DNA of 64,000 nucleotides from Candidatus Parvarchaeum sp. (lineage in GTDB: Archaea; Nanobdellota; Nanobdellia; Parvarchaeales; Parvarchaeaceae). Every line of letters starts with the position of its first letter. The first letter of the stretch is position 1. The notes below the pieces were generated by a model. It worked only from the letters and a program-made list of their open reading frames with translations, was not told the origin of the DNA and did no database searches. Below are positions 19,868 through 29,746 of this stretch, in pieces. The stretch spans positions 1 to 64,000 of the forward strand of contig JBMFWF010000002.1 of NCBI GenBank assembly GCA_049965555.1, given 5' to 3'. A program made the position numbers and the translations under genes.

Positions 19868-20503
19868 TTATATAAAACCGAGCCAAAGAAGAAGTATGCC
19901 TATAAACTCAGAATAGTACAAAAATGCTGGAAAATGGGCTATGTAAAGAGAGCCTGCTATAGTCACTACAACCACTCCTGCAATTATCGAAAGCATCTTC
20001 TTATTGGATGTTTTTCTATAGGAGATTACTGCCACTGCTATAAGCATTCCTGCTGCCGGAAAAGTCATTATCGAAGAAGAGATTACTACAAGGACAGGAA
20101 GCACCCCAAATACAACATAACTTGTAAGGATATTGCCTATATTTGCTGTTATTAATGAATACACTACAAATACTGCTGACAGAAGGAAAAATATGGCGTA
20201 ATAATTGAAAATTTTCCTGTTTTTAAGCAACGCTGTGGAACCGAGCGCCAAGAAACTAACCAAAAATGCAACTGCAGCCAGGTAAGATTTTATCAAAAAG
20301 GCGTTGTATATATTAAACGAGAAGATAACCTCCAGCAAAACACCGATTCCAAACAGCCATAGGCCTATTGACCAATAAAGTTGGCTTTTACCCTTGTTTT
20401 TTAGAAACTTGTAAGTCATCAATGCAGCTAAAGGTACTGTCAGTAGAAATATTAAAATCGTTGAAAACTCTATAAAAAGCTCACTTGAAAATATTCCTGA
20501 CAT
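19868..20503 (-). CDS. Multi-pass (about 7 TM) membrane protein
   Basis: Seven hydrophobic stretches, LYWSIGLWLF motif, no soluble domain. Confidence 0.75.
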   Translation of the reverse strand: MSGIFSSELFIEFSTILIFLLTVPLAALMTYKFLKNKGKSQLYWSIGLWLFGIGVLLEVIFSFNIYNAFLIKSYLAAVAFLVSFLALGSTALLKNRKIFNYYAIFFLLSAVFVVYSLITANIGNILTSYVVFGVLPVLVVISSSIMTFPAAGMLIAVAVISYRKTSNKKMLSIIAGVVVVTIAGSLYIAHFPAFLYYSEFIGILLLWLGFI

Positions 20504-20533
20504 TTTACTTTTATCGCTTTTATGGTATTTAAA

Positions 20534-21364
20534 TCATATGAAAAAGATAAGCGATAAAACAACTGCTATAATTGCTATAAAGATATTATCATCGATTGGA
20601 CTAAACCTCTCTGCCAAGGAAAGGATAAATGCAAATATAATACCGAATAGACCGAAAAATATAATTCCAGGAATCAAAGACGAAGCAAAAAATGCAGTGC
20701 TACCTATAATTGATTTTCTACCTGGCTTTTTCATAGCCTTCAATCCTGTTATTGTGGCCATTGGATCTGAGATCAACAAAGAAAAAAGACTGAAAAAAAG
20801 AAAATCAAAACGGCCTATGAACCCGAGCAACAAAACAGCCCCTACGGCCATCGATATTGCTCCCGAACCAAATATCACACCGTCTCTTTCAAGTAGGTTT
20901 ACCAACTTTTTCATTTTCTTACCATAGATATAAATGATATGTGCCACAAAGATACCGAAGAAAATTAATGCTAGAAGGATCTGTCTGTAGGAAAAGGCTA
21001 GAACCAATAAAAATATCGTTCCTATGATAAGTTGGACAAAGTCTCTCCTTACTTCTATTTTGCTGCTTATATTCACTGTTTTAATTGCTAATTTTTTAAT
21101 AAGCAGAGATTGCACAACTAAGCTTAATGAAATTATTTCAATCGAGAATTTAATCGGCAATCCTTTGAAAAAGACCGATACTAAAAGAGCTGTGAATACT
21201 AGATAAAAATATTTCTTATGCGAGGTGTAAGTAATTAAAAGCAAAGAAGAAAAAACGGCGACAGGCAAGGCATAATAATATAAATAAAGATTATGAAACA
21301 AAAAGTAAACCAGGAATGAAAATAAAAAAGACGACAAAAATATGATTGTATTATTTGTTTTCAT
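20534..21364 (-). CDS. Polyprenol/dolichol/diacylglycerol kinase family (SEC59/VTE5-like) membrane protein
   Basis: EVRRDFVQ, SDPMATITG, KSIIGS, E....IDDNI motifs in a multi-TM protein; near pyrG (the family is CTP-dependent). Confidence 0.75.
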   Translation of the reverse strand: MKTNNTIIFLSSFLFSFLVYFLFHNLYLYYYALPVAVFSSLLLITYTSHKKYFYLVFTALLVSVFFKGLPIKFSIEIISLSLVVQSLLIKKLAIKTVNISSKIEVRRDFVQLIIGTIFLLVLAFSYRQILLALIFFGIFVAHIIYIYGKKMKKLVNLLERDGVIFGSGAISMAVGAVLLLGFIGRFDFLFFSLFSLLISDPMATITGLKAMKKPGRKSIIGSTAFFASSLIPGIIFFGLFGIIFAFILSLAERFSPIDDNIFIAIIAVVLSLIFFI

Positions 21365-21368
21365 GAAA

Positions 21369-23783
21369 TTAAAGAAGCGAAAATTCTTTATCTTTTTTGT
21401 AAGCGAACACTTTAATCATGTCTGTTATCAAAAGGAAAATCACTGCAACGCCTGCTATCAATAATATATAGTATAGGCTTATGCTAGACATCAATATCCC
21501 AATATCTGCAATTATGAAAGTTATTAAAACTGCTAAAACAATTTGCAGCATAACCGGTATACTCGGCCTTGAATGGAAGAATCTCTTTCTAGATCTTATT
21601 GATAGAAGAAGAGCTTCTATTGAGAAGATAAACGCAACAAACATGAATGTCTCAAAAGACGCATGATTTAAGTGGAAATAGAAAAGACCGAAATAGGCCA
21701 GCAGTGAAACCTCTATTATAGCCATTATTCCAAAAAGCATTGATGCAAAGAATATGGCTTTTATGTCCCAGGCATCCGGTTTCTTTGAATAACTTTCTTT
21801 GTCTGTTGACAAGGCTATGCTTCCTATGTCATTTAAGAATATCATAAGGATAAGCTGTATTGCCCTTATAGGCAAGAACCTAAGTATTATAAAAGCTATG
21901 GAAAGGAAAAATGCTATCTGGAATATTCTAGCCACTTTATTTAATGTATAACTTATCATCCTTTCAAATATTGACCTGCTTTCTTTTACAGCATTTACTA
22001 TCGGCTCTATCCCCGGAGAAGTCAGAACTATTGTTGCTGCGCTTTTTGCTACGTCGGTTGCATTAGAAACAGCTATGCCCACCTCTGCTTGTTTTAGGGC
22101 AGGCGCATCATTAACTCCGTCTCCAGTCATCCCGACGTGGTAACCTGCATCCTGTAATGCCTTTACTATTGTGTATTTGTCTTTTGGGAAAACCCCTGCG
22201 AAACCATCATGCTCTATAACCAGCTTTGAAAGTGTTTTTTCGTCCAAGCCCTCTAATGTCTTAACATCAAGTATCTTTTCTCCAATCCCAACTTCCTTAG
22301 CTATTTCCTTTGCAGTATCTATGTTATCGCCTGTTAGCATCTTTGTCTTTATTCCGAGCGCTTTAAGCTCCTCTATAAGTTTTTTACTGTCCTCTCTAGG
22401 CTTATCATTCAAAGGTATTACACCAACAAATGACCATTCTTTTTTATTAGCTAATTTGGCAGCCACAGCTATAGTGCGATACCCTTTTAAGGACATCTCC
22501 TTTATCTTTGCGTTAACTTTTTTAATCTCAGAAGCGTCTAAAGAGCATTTTTTCATTACAACTGCAGGAAATCCCTTAATAGCAGACATTTTTTTACCAT
22601 TGAGTATAACATCTGCCTGTGACATCTTTGTAGACGGATTAAAAGGAGTGAACTTTACAAGTTTATAATTTAATTCCAATTTCTTGGTATCGTATTTTTT
22701 TAGTCCATCTATTACTGCGTTGTCTATCTCATCGTTATCCTCCCTTCTTGAAGCGATAGAACCATAAAAAAGTACTTCTTCTGCTGAGAATTTCCCATAA
22801 CCAAATGGATCCGAAACCGAAAGTTGATTGCCGGTTATCGTGCCGGTCTTATCAAGACAGACTACATTCATTGTAGATGCCTCTTCAATCGCTTCAAGCT
22901 TTGTAACCAGGATATTCTTTGAGGATAACCTTTCAGTCCCATATGCCATTGCAACTGTGAACGCAGCAGGCAGGCCTACCGGCACTGATACAAGAAGGAT
23001 AAGAAGTGAGAAAGGTACGATAGTAAGCAGGTTTATATGAGATACATAAGAAGCTATGAAAACTGCGGCTATGAGCATAACGTCAACAAATATAAGATAT
23101 TTAAGTAGCTTCAAAATATCACTCTCTAAATGCATTCTTCCGCCGGCGATTCTTACAAGATCTGCAGTTTTTCCGAATGATGTGTTATTACCTGTCTTCA
23201 AAACCATTGCTGTAGCTTCTCCTTCTCTTACTGTTGATGAAGAAAATATTATCTCCCCTTCTTTTTTATCAACCGGCAAGGATTCTCCGGTTAACATGGA
23301 CTGATCAACAGAGAGGTAATCTCCTTCGATTATAAGACAGTCTGCAGGCACTATATCTCCCAGTCTTATTCTTATTATATCTCCTGGGACTAGAAACTTG
23401 GCAGGCATCTTTTTCCACTCATTGTTTCTTTCAACATTAACGTTCACAGACAACTTGTTCTTTAAAAGTTCAAGTGTATTGTCAGCCTTGAATTCCTCAA
23501 GGAAACCGGCTATTCCATTGAATAAAAGAAGGCCGATAACTATGTATGCATCAATGTTTTTGCCGAGAAGAAATGAAATCGCTATAACAATGAAAAGCAT
23601 AAAAGGTATCGGGCCCCAGAACTTCAAAATAAATTTTTTTATTGAGCTCACATTTTTGCTTTCAATCTGATTGTAGCCGTATTTTTTCAGTCTTTCTTCT
23701 GCCTCTTTTTCTGAAAGTCCGTTTTTGCTCGAAGACAATCTTCTAAATTCTTCTTCCTTGTTTAGTTTTTTGTCTTTCTCCAT
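21369..23783 (-). CDS. P3A-type plasma-membrane proton-efflux P-type ATPase
   Basis: DQSMLTGES, TM4 VPVGLP, DKTGT, KGFP, MLTGD, MTGDGVNDAPALK, TM6 IFLND with proton-acceptor Asp. Confidence 0.92.
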   Translation of the reverse strand: MEKDKKLNKEEEFRRLSSSKNGLSEKEAEERLKKYGYNQIESKNVSSIKKFILKFWGPIPFMLFIVIAISFLLGKNIDAYIVIGLLLFNGIAGFLEEFKADNTLELLKNKLSVNVNVERNNEWKKMPAKFLVPGDIIRIRLGDIVPADCLIIEGDYLSVDQSMLTGESLPVDKKEGEIIFSSSTVREGEATAMVLKTGNNTSFGKTADLVRIAGGRMHLESDILKLLKYLIFVDVMLIAAVFIASYVSHINLLTIVPFSLLILLVSVPVGLPAAFTVAMAYGTERLSSKNILVTKLEAIEEASTMNVVCLDKTGTITGNQLSVSDPFGYGKFSAEEVLFYGSIASRREDNDEIDNAVIDGLKKYDTKKLELNYKLVKFTPFNPSTKMSQADVILNGKKMSAIKGFPAVVMKKCSLDASEIKKVNAKIKEMSLKGYRTIAVAAKLANKKEWSFVGVIPLNDKPREDSKKLIEELKALGIKTKMLTGDNIDTAKEIAKEVGIGEKILDVKTLEGLDEKTLSKLVIEHDGFAGVFPKDKYTIVKALQDAGYHVGMTGDGVNDAPALKQAEVGIAVSNATDVAKSAATIVLTSPGIEPIVNAVKESRSIFERMISYTLNKVARIFQIAFFLSIAFIILRFLPIRAIQLILMIFLNDIGSIALSTDKESYSKKPDAWDIKAIFFASMLFGIMAIIEVSLLAYFGLFYFHLNHASFETFMFVAFIFSIEALLLSIRSRKRFFHSRPSIPVMLQIVLAVLITFIIADIGILMSSISLYYILLIAGVAVIFLLITDMIKVFAYKKDKEFSLL

Positions 23784-23784
23784 A

Positions 23785-24321
23785 TCAATCGCTTATTAAT
23801 CCTATGAAAAGTTTGTCATCGCCCTTGAATTTTTTCTCGCCGGGAAGCCTTAAAAAGAGGTATACCTTTCTCCCATTAAATATGAAACGCAATGGCGGGG
23901 AATAAGGATAGAATTCCTTCCTAAAAAGCTTATCATAACCAACCTTTACTTCCGAGATTGATTTCTTTTCAACTCTCATGAGCAAAGTGTCCAGTTTTTT
24001 GTTGTAGAATTCTATGCTTTCCTGAGTTATCTCTACAAAACCCGAATGCTTGTGCAGAGGTTTTATTGAGCTTCTGCCGACTCTAGCAATGACTTTTTTA
24101 TGAAGGCCTAATTCCAGCAATTCTTTTCTAAATATCCATACTGCTTCAAACAGACCAAGCCCTCTTTTTAAAGAGTCATTTATAAATTTCATCCTGGGAG
24201 TTTCTCCCCTAAAAATGTCTACTATGTTAAGTATATTCTTGTCTACTGAAACACTGGCATTCTCCTTTCCTAAATCTCTGCTGTAAAACTTAAATAAAAC
24301 AGGTTCAAAGGTCGTGGACAT
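23785..24321 (-). CDS. Hypothetical protein
   Basis: 178-aa ORF, co-oriented with the ATPase gene and 1 nt upstream of it. Confidence 0.7.
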   Translation of the reverse strand: MSTTFEPVLFKFYSRDLGKENASVSVDKNILNIVDIFRGETPRMKFINDSLKRGLGLFEAVWIFRKELLELGLHKKVIARVGRSSIKPLHKHSGFVEITQESIEFYNKKLDTLLMRVEKKSISEVKVGYDKLFRKEFYPYSPPLRFIFNGRKVYLFLRLPGEKKFKGDDKLFIGLISD

Positions 24322-24407
24322 ATTATTATGTTGCCTTCAATTCATTTATAGTTTCTTATTACTCAGTTTACCAAAGTTAGCAAACAATTTTGCTGCTATT
24401 ATAAAAT

Positions 24408-24887
24408 TCAGATAACCTGGATTATCATTTGTATTATAAAACCGAGAACCCCTATTATAAATGTACCAATAATGACCATTATAGAAAGTTCCTTGAACTC
24501 TTGCTTTGTAGGCTTTCTTGCAAGATGGATTATCCTGCTGTACTCAAACCTGTAGTGCTCAAGCTTTGCCTTTATATTCATTGGATGGGCCTTTTTTATT
24601 GCATTTTTTATATGATATAGGTGGAACCTTCTTTTCTTTACCTGTGGTTTTTCTTCCTTACGGCTGCTGTTTACATTGTTTTGTACAGCCGTTTCTACAG
24701 GTTTCTTTTGATTTATATTCTGCGCGGTATTTTGAGCATTGTTTTGATTATTGCTAGAATTGACTGGTTGGAGAGTGTTTTGATTTTGCTGAATATTCTC
24801 CGTGGGCTTAGCTTCGCTTTTTATTGTTTCCTGCTGCTTGTTTGAATCACTCAAATTAGCGTCTGCAAGGCTCTTATTTTCCTCCAT
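24408..24887 (-). CDS. secE: Protein translocase subunit SecE/Sec61-gamma with a long N/Q-rich N-terminal extension
   Basis: C-terminal EYSRIIHLARKPTKQEF...IGTFIIGVLGFII; directly downstream of ftsZ1, the usual archaeal order. Confidence 0.88.
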   Translation of the reverse strand: MEENKSLADANLSDSNKQQETIKSEAKPTENIQQNQNTLQPVNSSNNQNNAQNTAQNINQKKPVETAVQNNVNSSRKEEKPQVKKRRFHLYHIKNAIKKAHPMNIKAKLEHYRFEYSRIIHLARKPTKQEFKELSIMVIIGTFIIGVLGFIIQMIIQVI

Positions 24888-24889
24888 AA

Positions 24890-26017
24890 TCAGCTTAGAA
24901 AGGTTATACCAAGTTCATCTTCAACTTCCTGTTTCTCCTTCAACTGCTGGTCTTCTGCTATCGATTTGCCGCTTATCTGCTTCGAAGTCACACCAGTTAT
25001 TATGGCCAAAACCTTTACAGTATTCTTTAAATCTGGGAATATGTGGGCACCCCAAATTATATTTATATCCTCAGGCAATTTCTGGCCTATAAGATCGACC
25101 AATTTGTTTGCTTCCTCAAGAGTAAGCGAAGGCCCTCCGCTTACGTCTATAAGCATTCCTCTTGCGGTCGAGACATCGACATCTATAAGTGGATTATTAA
25201 GCACTTTCTCTACAACGGTTTCAAGTTTCTTGTCTTTTGCATCGCTTTCTCCAGTGCCTATCAGCGCTACACCGCCATTAGACATTATTCTTTTCACGTC
25301 TGCGAAATCGACGTTTATTAAGCCAGGCTTTGTTATCAATTCAGTTATACCCTTAACGGCATTTGTAAGAACGTCGTCAGCTATCTTTAATGCTATTGGC
25401 AAAGGCAGCCCAGGAGCAATCGCCATAAGCTTTTCATTAGGGACTGTTATCAAAGTATCTACTGTATTTTTAAGTTTTTCCACGCCGTTAAGTGCAGCAT
25501 TCATTCTTCTTCTGCCTTCGGCCTTAAATGGTAAAGTGACTACTGCTATAGTAAGCGCATTTATTTTCTTGGAAACTGACGCAACGACCGGCGCCGCACC
25601 AGTACCTGTTCCGCCTCCCATACCGCAGCATATGAAAACCAGATCTGCTCCTTGAAGGGCCTCCTTAAGTTCTTGCTCCTGCTCTTTTGCAGCAGCTTCA
25701 CCAACTGCAGGGTCTGCACCGGCACCTAATCCATTAGTTAATTCCTTTCCTATGAGTATCTTTTTATCAGCAGGTGTGCAAAGCAGATCTGCAGCATCCG
25801 TATTGACTGCTATAAATTCCGCTCCTTTTATGCCTACTTCAAACATTCTGTTAAGAGTATTGTTTCCAGAACCGCCTACTCCAACTACTTTGATGTTCGC
25901 TCTCCTTGATGCTATCAATTCTTCTAAAGACTTATCAAATTCTTTGGTTTTGCTAGCATCGTATTTTATTCCCTTTATTCCCTGACTGAGTGAATTATTC
26001 ATTTGTATATCATCCAT
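24890..26017 (-). CDS. ftsZ: Cell division protein FtsZ (FtsZ1-like)
   Basis: VVGVGGSGNN, NTD, GLGAG, tubulin signature GMGGGTGTGAAPV, T7 loop INVDFADV. Confidence 0.98.
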   Translation of the reverse strand: MDDIQMNNSLSQGIKGIKYDASKTKEFDKSLEELIASRRANIKVVGVGGSGNNTLNRMFEVGIKGAEFIAVNTDAADLLCTPADKKILIGKELTNGLGAGADPAVGEAAAKEQEQELKEALQGADLVFICCGMGGGTGTGAAPVVASVSKKINALTIAVVTLPFKAEGRRRMNAALNGVEKLKNTVDTLITVPNEKLMAIAPGLPLPIALKIADDVLTNAVKGITELITKPGLINVDFADVKRIMSNGGVALIGTGESDAKDKKLETVVEKVLNNPLIDVDVSTARGMLIDVSGGPSLTLEEANKLVDLIGQKLPEDINIIWGAHIFPDLKNTVKVLAIITGVTSKQISGKSIAEDQQLKEKQEVEDELGITFLS

Positions 26018-26064
26018 AAGTTTACCTCAATAGATTAATCATTTCGCATTATATATAAATATCT

Positions 26065-26712
26065 CTAATCTTTTATTATCTCAGTTTTAATTTTTTTGTC
26101 AATATATTTTTCTATATCCATGGATATGCTGTCTTTTATGTAAGGTTTTACGTCCTCTTTCGTATGGATTTTCACGTTTTCGTTCTCTATTTCTATGTTT
26201 TCAGGTTTTTTACCAACATAATGCTCAAATATTGCTGAATACTTGTCTTTCTCATTCTCTATTATCGAAACTATCTCGATTTCGTATTTTAGTTCTTTTC
26301 CTGCTAATGGATGATTATAACTTACAAGCACTCTGCCGCTGTTTATTGCCAATACTGTAGCCATTTTGTCGTCCAAAAGAACCATGTCGCCTACTGCAGG
26401 ATTTATATTATTGCTTCTGAAAACTGTTATTCCGTAAGTTTTTATAAGCCTTTTGTCAAACTCTCCGAATCCATCTTTTGGCTGCACTGTCAATTCATAT
26501 TTGTCCCCTTGATTCTTTCCTATAACAGAATCAGAGATAACCTTCAATACATAATTTCCGCCGGGTATTACAAGCACTGGAGAAAAGTTATAATCTCCCT
26601 TAATGTTCTCTTTTTCCGCTACTTTCTTGTCGGTTAAATCAAATATCTGGCCGGTAGAAGCTATCCTTCCGACAAAATTAATCATTACAAAATCATTTTC
26701 CTTAATCATCAC
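26065..26712 (-). CDS. Archaeal long-type FKBP peptidyl-prolyl isomerase (SlyD-like)
   Basis: FDLT, PKDGFG, insert-in-flap domain, YNHPLAGKEL.YEI. Confidence 0.9.
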   Translation of the reverse strand: MMIKENDFVMINFVGRIASTGQIFDLTDKKVAEKENIKGDYNFSPVLVIPGGNYVLKVISDSVIGKNQGDKYELTVQPKDGFGEFDKRLIKTYGITVFRSNNINPAVGDMVLLDDKMATVLAINSGRVLVSYNHPLAGKELKYEIEIVSIIENEKDKYSAIFEHYVGKKPENIEIENENVKIHTKEDVKPYIKDSISMDIEKYIDKKIKTEIIKD

Positions 26713-26981
26713 TGCCTCTTCATCTCAATTGATATAAATGAAACGTTCCTTTTCTTTCCTTCCTTATCTGTAAGCTCTTCGGTTCCTATTTCAATGCCGG
26801 AAATTTTGAGGTCTTTCATGAATTTATGCATAGTGACCTGGGATATGTCGACTGCAGTAGAAATAGATGAACCCCTTGCCTTTATTATAACCTGATTATT
26901 TCCGGAGTTCAAATGGGTAAGTATGGCCATCACATAAGACATTATAGGTTTTTTCCCTACAAAAATTATATCATTTTCCAT
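26709..26981 (-). CDS. albA: DNA/RNA-binding protein Alba
   Basis: IFVGKKPIMSYV, IKARG..ISTAVD, IEIGTEE, RNVS.I.I. Confidence 0.95.
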   Translation of the reverse strand: MENDIIFVGKKPIMSYVMAILTHLNSGNNQVIIKARGSSISTAVDISQVTMHKFMKDLKISGIEIGTEELTDKEGKKRNVSFISIEMKRQ

Positions 26982-27034
26982 AATTCTATTTTTTGAATTT
27001 ATATGTATATAAGCATTTATGTTTTGCTGAAATA

Positions 27035-27394
27035 TTATCTGCTGCTTATTTTCACGGCCCTGCCGTCGAAAGATAACGTCCTTATACCAAGCTTATTTGC
27101 CCGCGATCTTAACTCCTTATCTTCCGTAAAAAGAATTTTGTTTTCATGCAAACAAAAATCCAGTAAAGTGTCGTCAGTGCTTTTGCCTTTATCAAATTCT
27201 ATTGTCTTTAAGCCGTAGGAAATAAAAAAGCTCTTTACATCCTGCCTTTTAATAGTATTTAATTCATCCATACATTTCTTGATAGTTGAAATTGAAAAGC
27301 TGCTCTGGAAAAAAGCATCAAGCAAATTTATCAGATCGAGTTTATTGTCAAAGCAATAAACCATAACGTTTGTGTCTATGACAACCTCATTCAT
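27035..27394 (-). CDS. PIN-domain ribonuclease (Fcf1/Utp24-like)
   Basis: VIDTN, DEL, TDD.LL, LFTEDKELR; conserved position after aIF2-gamma. Confidence 0.85.
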   Translation of the reverse strand: MNEVVIDTNVMVYCFDNKLDLINLLDAFFQSSFSISTIKKCMDELNTIKRQDVKSFFISYGLKTIEFDKGKSTDDTLLDFCLHENKILFTEDKELRSRANKLGIRTLSFDGRAVKISSR

Positions 27395-28568
27395 ATATAT
27401 TTCCTGATCCTGCTATTGTCCAAACATTGTTGATTTTTCTTGACAAAATGGCCCTTTCGCCGATAAAATACGGCAATGCCGAATTTCCCAAATTTACAAT
27501 TAGCCCGTTATTTGAATAAGAAACAATAGTTCCAAGAACCTTTGAAGAAAGAACATTTAAAAGAACTGTTTCGTTTTTCTGCGGAGGCTTGCTGAACTTA
27601 TCTTTTATAGGCTCGTATTTCATTGCTATCCTGTTTTTAAACAATGGAACAGTATCACTTTTTACAATTAGAGAGCCTGCCAGATTGTCTCTTCTTGCAA
27701 GCGAAGGATCTAAATCCGTTTCTAATCCTATCATTAAGCCCCTTGAAACCTCCTTTTCTGGACCGAATTCACTTTGTATGCTTAAAACCTTGGTCTTTAA
27801 AGGCTTCCACGAATTTTTAATATAGACACCTGGATAAACTACCACTGGATCATTAATTTTTAATGAACCTGATTTTAATCCTCCTCCTAAAACCCCTCCT
27901 TTAAGTTCATTTATGTCCGTGCCTGGCTTGTTGATGTCAAAGCTCCTTACAACTACCATCTCTGTTCTTTCTTCCTTTGGACTGTCCGGCACTTCAAACT
28001 TGCCTATTTCCTGTATAAGCTCTGTAATGTTTACGTCCTGTGCAGCGAATACCGGTATTATTTTTGCATCGGGATAACCGTTTTTTGACATGAAATCTTT
28101 TATTTCATTATAGCTTTCCTTTGCACGATCCTTTCCAACAACATCTATTTTTGTCTGTGCTACGACTATGTTTTTAACTCCTATTATGCGCAATGCCTCT
28201 ATATGCTCTTGTGTCTGAGGCTGAGGACACTTTTGATTAGCAGCTATAACAAGAACTGCTCCGTCAACTAAAGTTGCCCCGCTTAGCATTATAGTCATCA
28301 AGGTTTTATGCCCAGGTGAGTCTATTATTGAAACTCTGTAGTAAAGGCTTGCATTTGAATTGCATACCTCACATTTTTCATGTCTGCTGAATGAACCGCA
28401 TGAATCGCACTTGTATATGAGAAAATGAGCATAACCAAGCCTTATTGTTATCCCTCTCTTCTTTTCTTCGCTGTGCCTTAAAGTAGATTCGCTAGTAATT
28501 GCCCTTACTAAAGTCGTCTTACCATCGGCGAAATTACCAACTACATCTATTGTTATATCCTTAACCAT
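27387..28568 (-). CDS. eif2g: Translation initiation factor aIF2 gamma subunit
   Basis: HSEEKKRGITIRLGYA, Zn knuckle CDSC..CEVC, DSPGH, CPQPQT.EH, RSFDINKPG, GGVLGG. Confidence 0.95.
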   Translation of the reverse strand: MVKDITIDVVGNFADGKTTLVRAITSESTLRHSEEKKRGITIRLGYAHFLIYKCDSCGSFSRHEKCEVCNSNASLYYRVSIIDSPGHKTLMTIMLSGATLVDGAVLVIAANQKCPQPQTQEHIEALRIIGVKNIVVAQTKIDVVGKDRAKESYNEIKDFMSKNGYPDAKIIPVFAAQDVNITELIQEIGKFEVPDSPKEERTEMVVVRSFDINKPGTDINELKGGVLGGGLKSGSLKINDPVVVYPGVYIKNSWKPLKTKVLSIQSEFGPEKEVSRGLMIGLETDLDPSLARRDNLAGSLIVKSDTVPLFKNRIAMKYEPIKDKFSKPPQKNETVLLNVLSSKVLGTIVSYSNNGLIVNLGNSALPYFIGERAILSRKINNVWTIAGSGNIYE

Positions 28569-28938
28569 TAGAAGGCGTAAATAACTGCTCCAAAGATTTT
28601 TCCCCGTACTTTGATATTTTTATGTTAATTTGAGACGTAAACTGACTTATAGTATTTCCGGCAATGCTCTTCCTCCTGCGTATGTTCTGTTTATTCCCCA
28701 GTCCCTTGCCTATGAGAACTTTTCTAAGGCCTGAGCCGTCTAAGTCCTTTGACATAGGCATTCCAGTCATATAGCTTCCGCCGGTTATTATTCCAGAGTA
28801 GCCGTCCAAACCTAAAACAGAAAGATCCAGTTCCTCGCCTATCTTTTTTCCGAATAACTGGTCTGCTTTGTCGCTTTCCAGCGTTTTATTAAATGACCTG
28901 CCTGTTTTCGAATCGTTTATTACAATCTTCATCTCCAT
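28561..28938 (-). CDS. rps6e: 30S ribosomal protein S6e
   Basis: KIVIND.KTG, GKKIGEE, ITGGS...G.PM, RRRKS..GN.I....QIN. Confidence 0.93.
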   Translation of the reverse strand: MEMKIVINDSKTGRSFNKTLESDKADQLFGKKIGEELDLSVLGLDGYSGIITGGSYMTGMPMSKDLDGSGLRKVLIGKGLGNKQNIRRRKSIAGNTISQFTSQINIKISKYGEKSLEQLFTPSNG

Positions 28939-29014
28939 AGACTTTATTAGATATAACTGTTATTTATAAATAGCTTTGCATTAGAATAAATAACTTATTA
29001 AATAGCAAAACTAT

Positions 29015-29713
29015 TTGGTTGAAATGGAAATGATCTTTGTTGAATCTAGATTCAAGGGAAAGCTAAGCGAGGAATTTGTAAAAAGGATTTACGATGAAAT
29101 AAAACCATATAAAAAGATAAACTTGGTAGCTGCAATACAGTTCATAGACCAAATGAATGATTTTAAGGACAGGATAAAAGACAAGGAATTTGTAGTCAAG
29201 CAGTCTCTTTACAGAGCAATGTACCCCGGGCAGATTCTGGGCTGCGATGTTTATGCTGCCGACTGCAGTGACTGCGATGCAACTTTGGCATTTGAACAGG
29301 GCATGTTTCACGTTCTTGGAATACCGCTTAAATATGGGAAAACGGTAATAACTGCGGATCCTGAAACTGAGAATATAGAAGTAATAAATGCTGAAGTAGC
29401 TGATAAATACAGGAAAAGAATAATGCAGGGCATAGGCGCAGTATTGACTGCCAAAAAAGTCATGTTTGTAGAGTCTACAAAGGCAGGGCAGACATACGGC
29501 TCAAAACTTTTAAAGGAAAAGCTAAGAAAGGACGGCAAGCAGGTTTATTCTGTAGTTGCAGATGAAATAAACTTTGAGAGATTAAATGAATTCAGGGAAA
29601 TAGACGTTTTCATAAGCACTGCCTGCCAAAGAATAGCCATAGATGACATGAACAAGGTCAAAAAACCAATGATAAATGCAGAGGACCTCGAAAGTTATCT
29701 TAAAGAGAAATGA
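29015..29713 (+). CDS. dph2: Diphthamide biosynthesis Dph2-like protein, N-terminally truncated
   Basis: IQF, YPGQILGCD, G.FH, STK.GQ, D.F..TACQRIAIDD, KPMI. Confidence 0.85.
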   Translation: MVEMEMIFVESRFKGKLSEEFVKRIYDEIKPYKKINLVAAIQFIDQMNDFKDRIKDKEFVVKQSLYRAMYPGQILGCDVYAADCSDCDATLAFEQGMFHVLGIPLKYGKTVITADPETENIEVINAEVADKYRKRIMQGIGAVLTAKKVMFVESTKAGQTYGSKLLKEKLRKDGKQVYSVVADEINFERLNEFREIDVFISTACQRIAIDDMNKVKKPMINAEDLESYLKEK

Positions 29714-29746
29714 AATAGATTTAAATAACCAAATTCATAAATCAGT

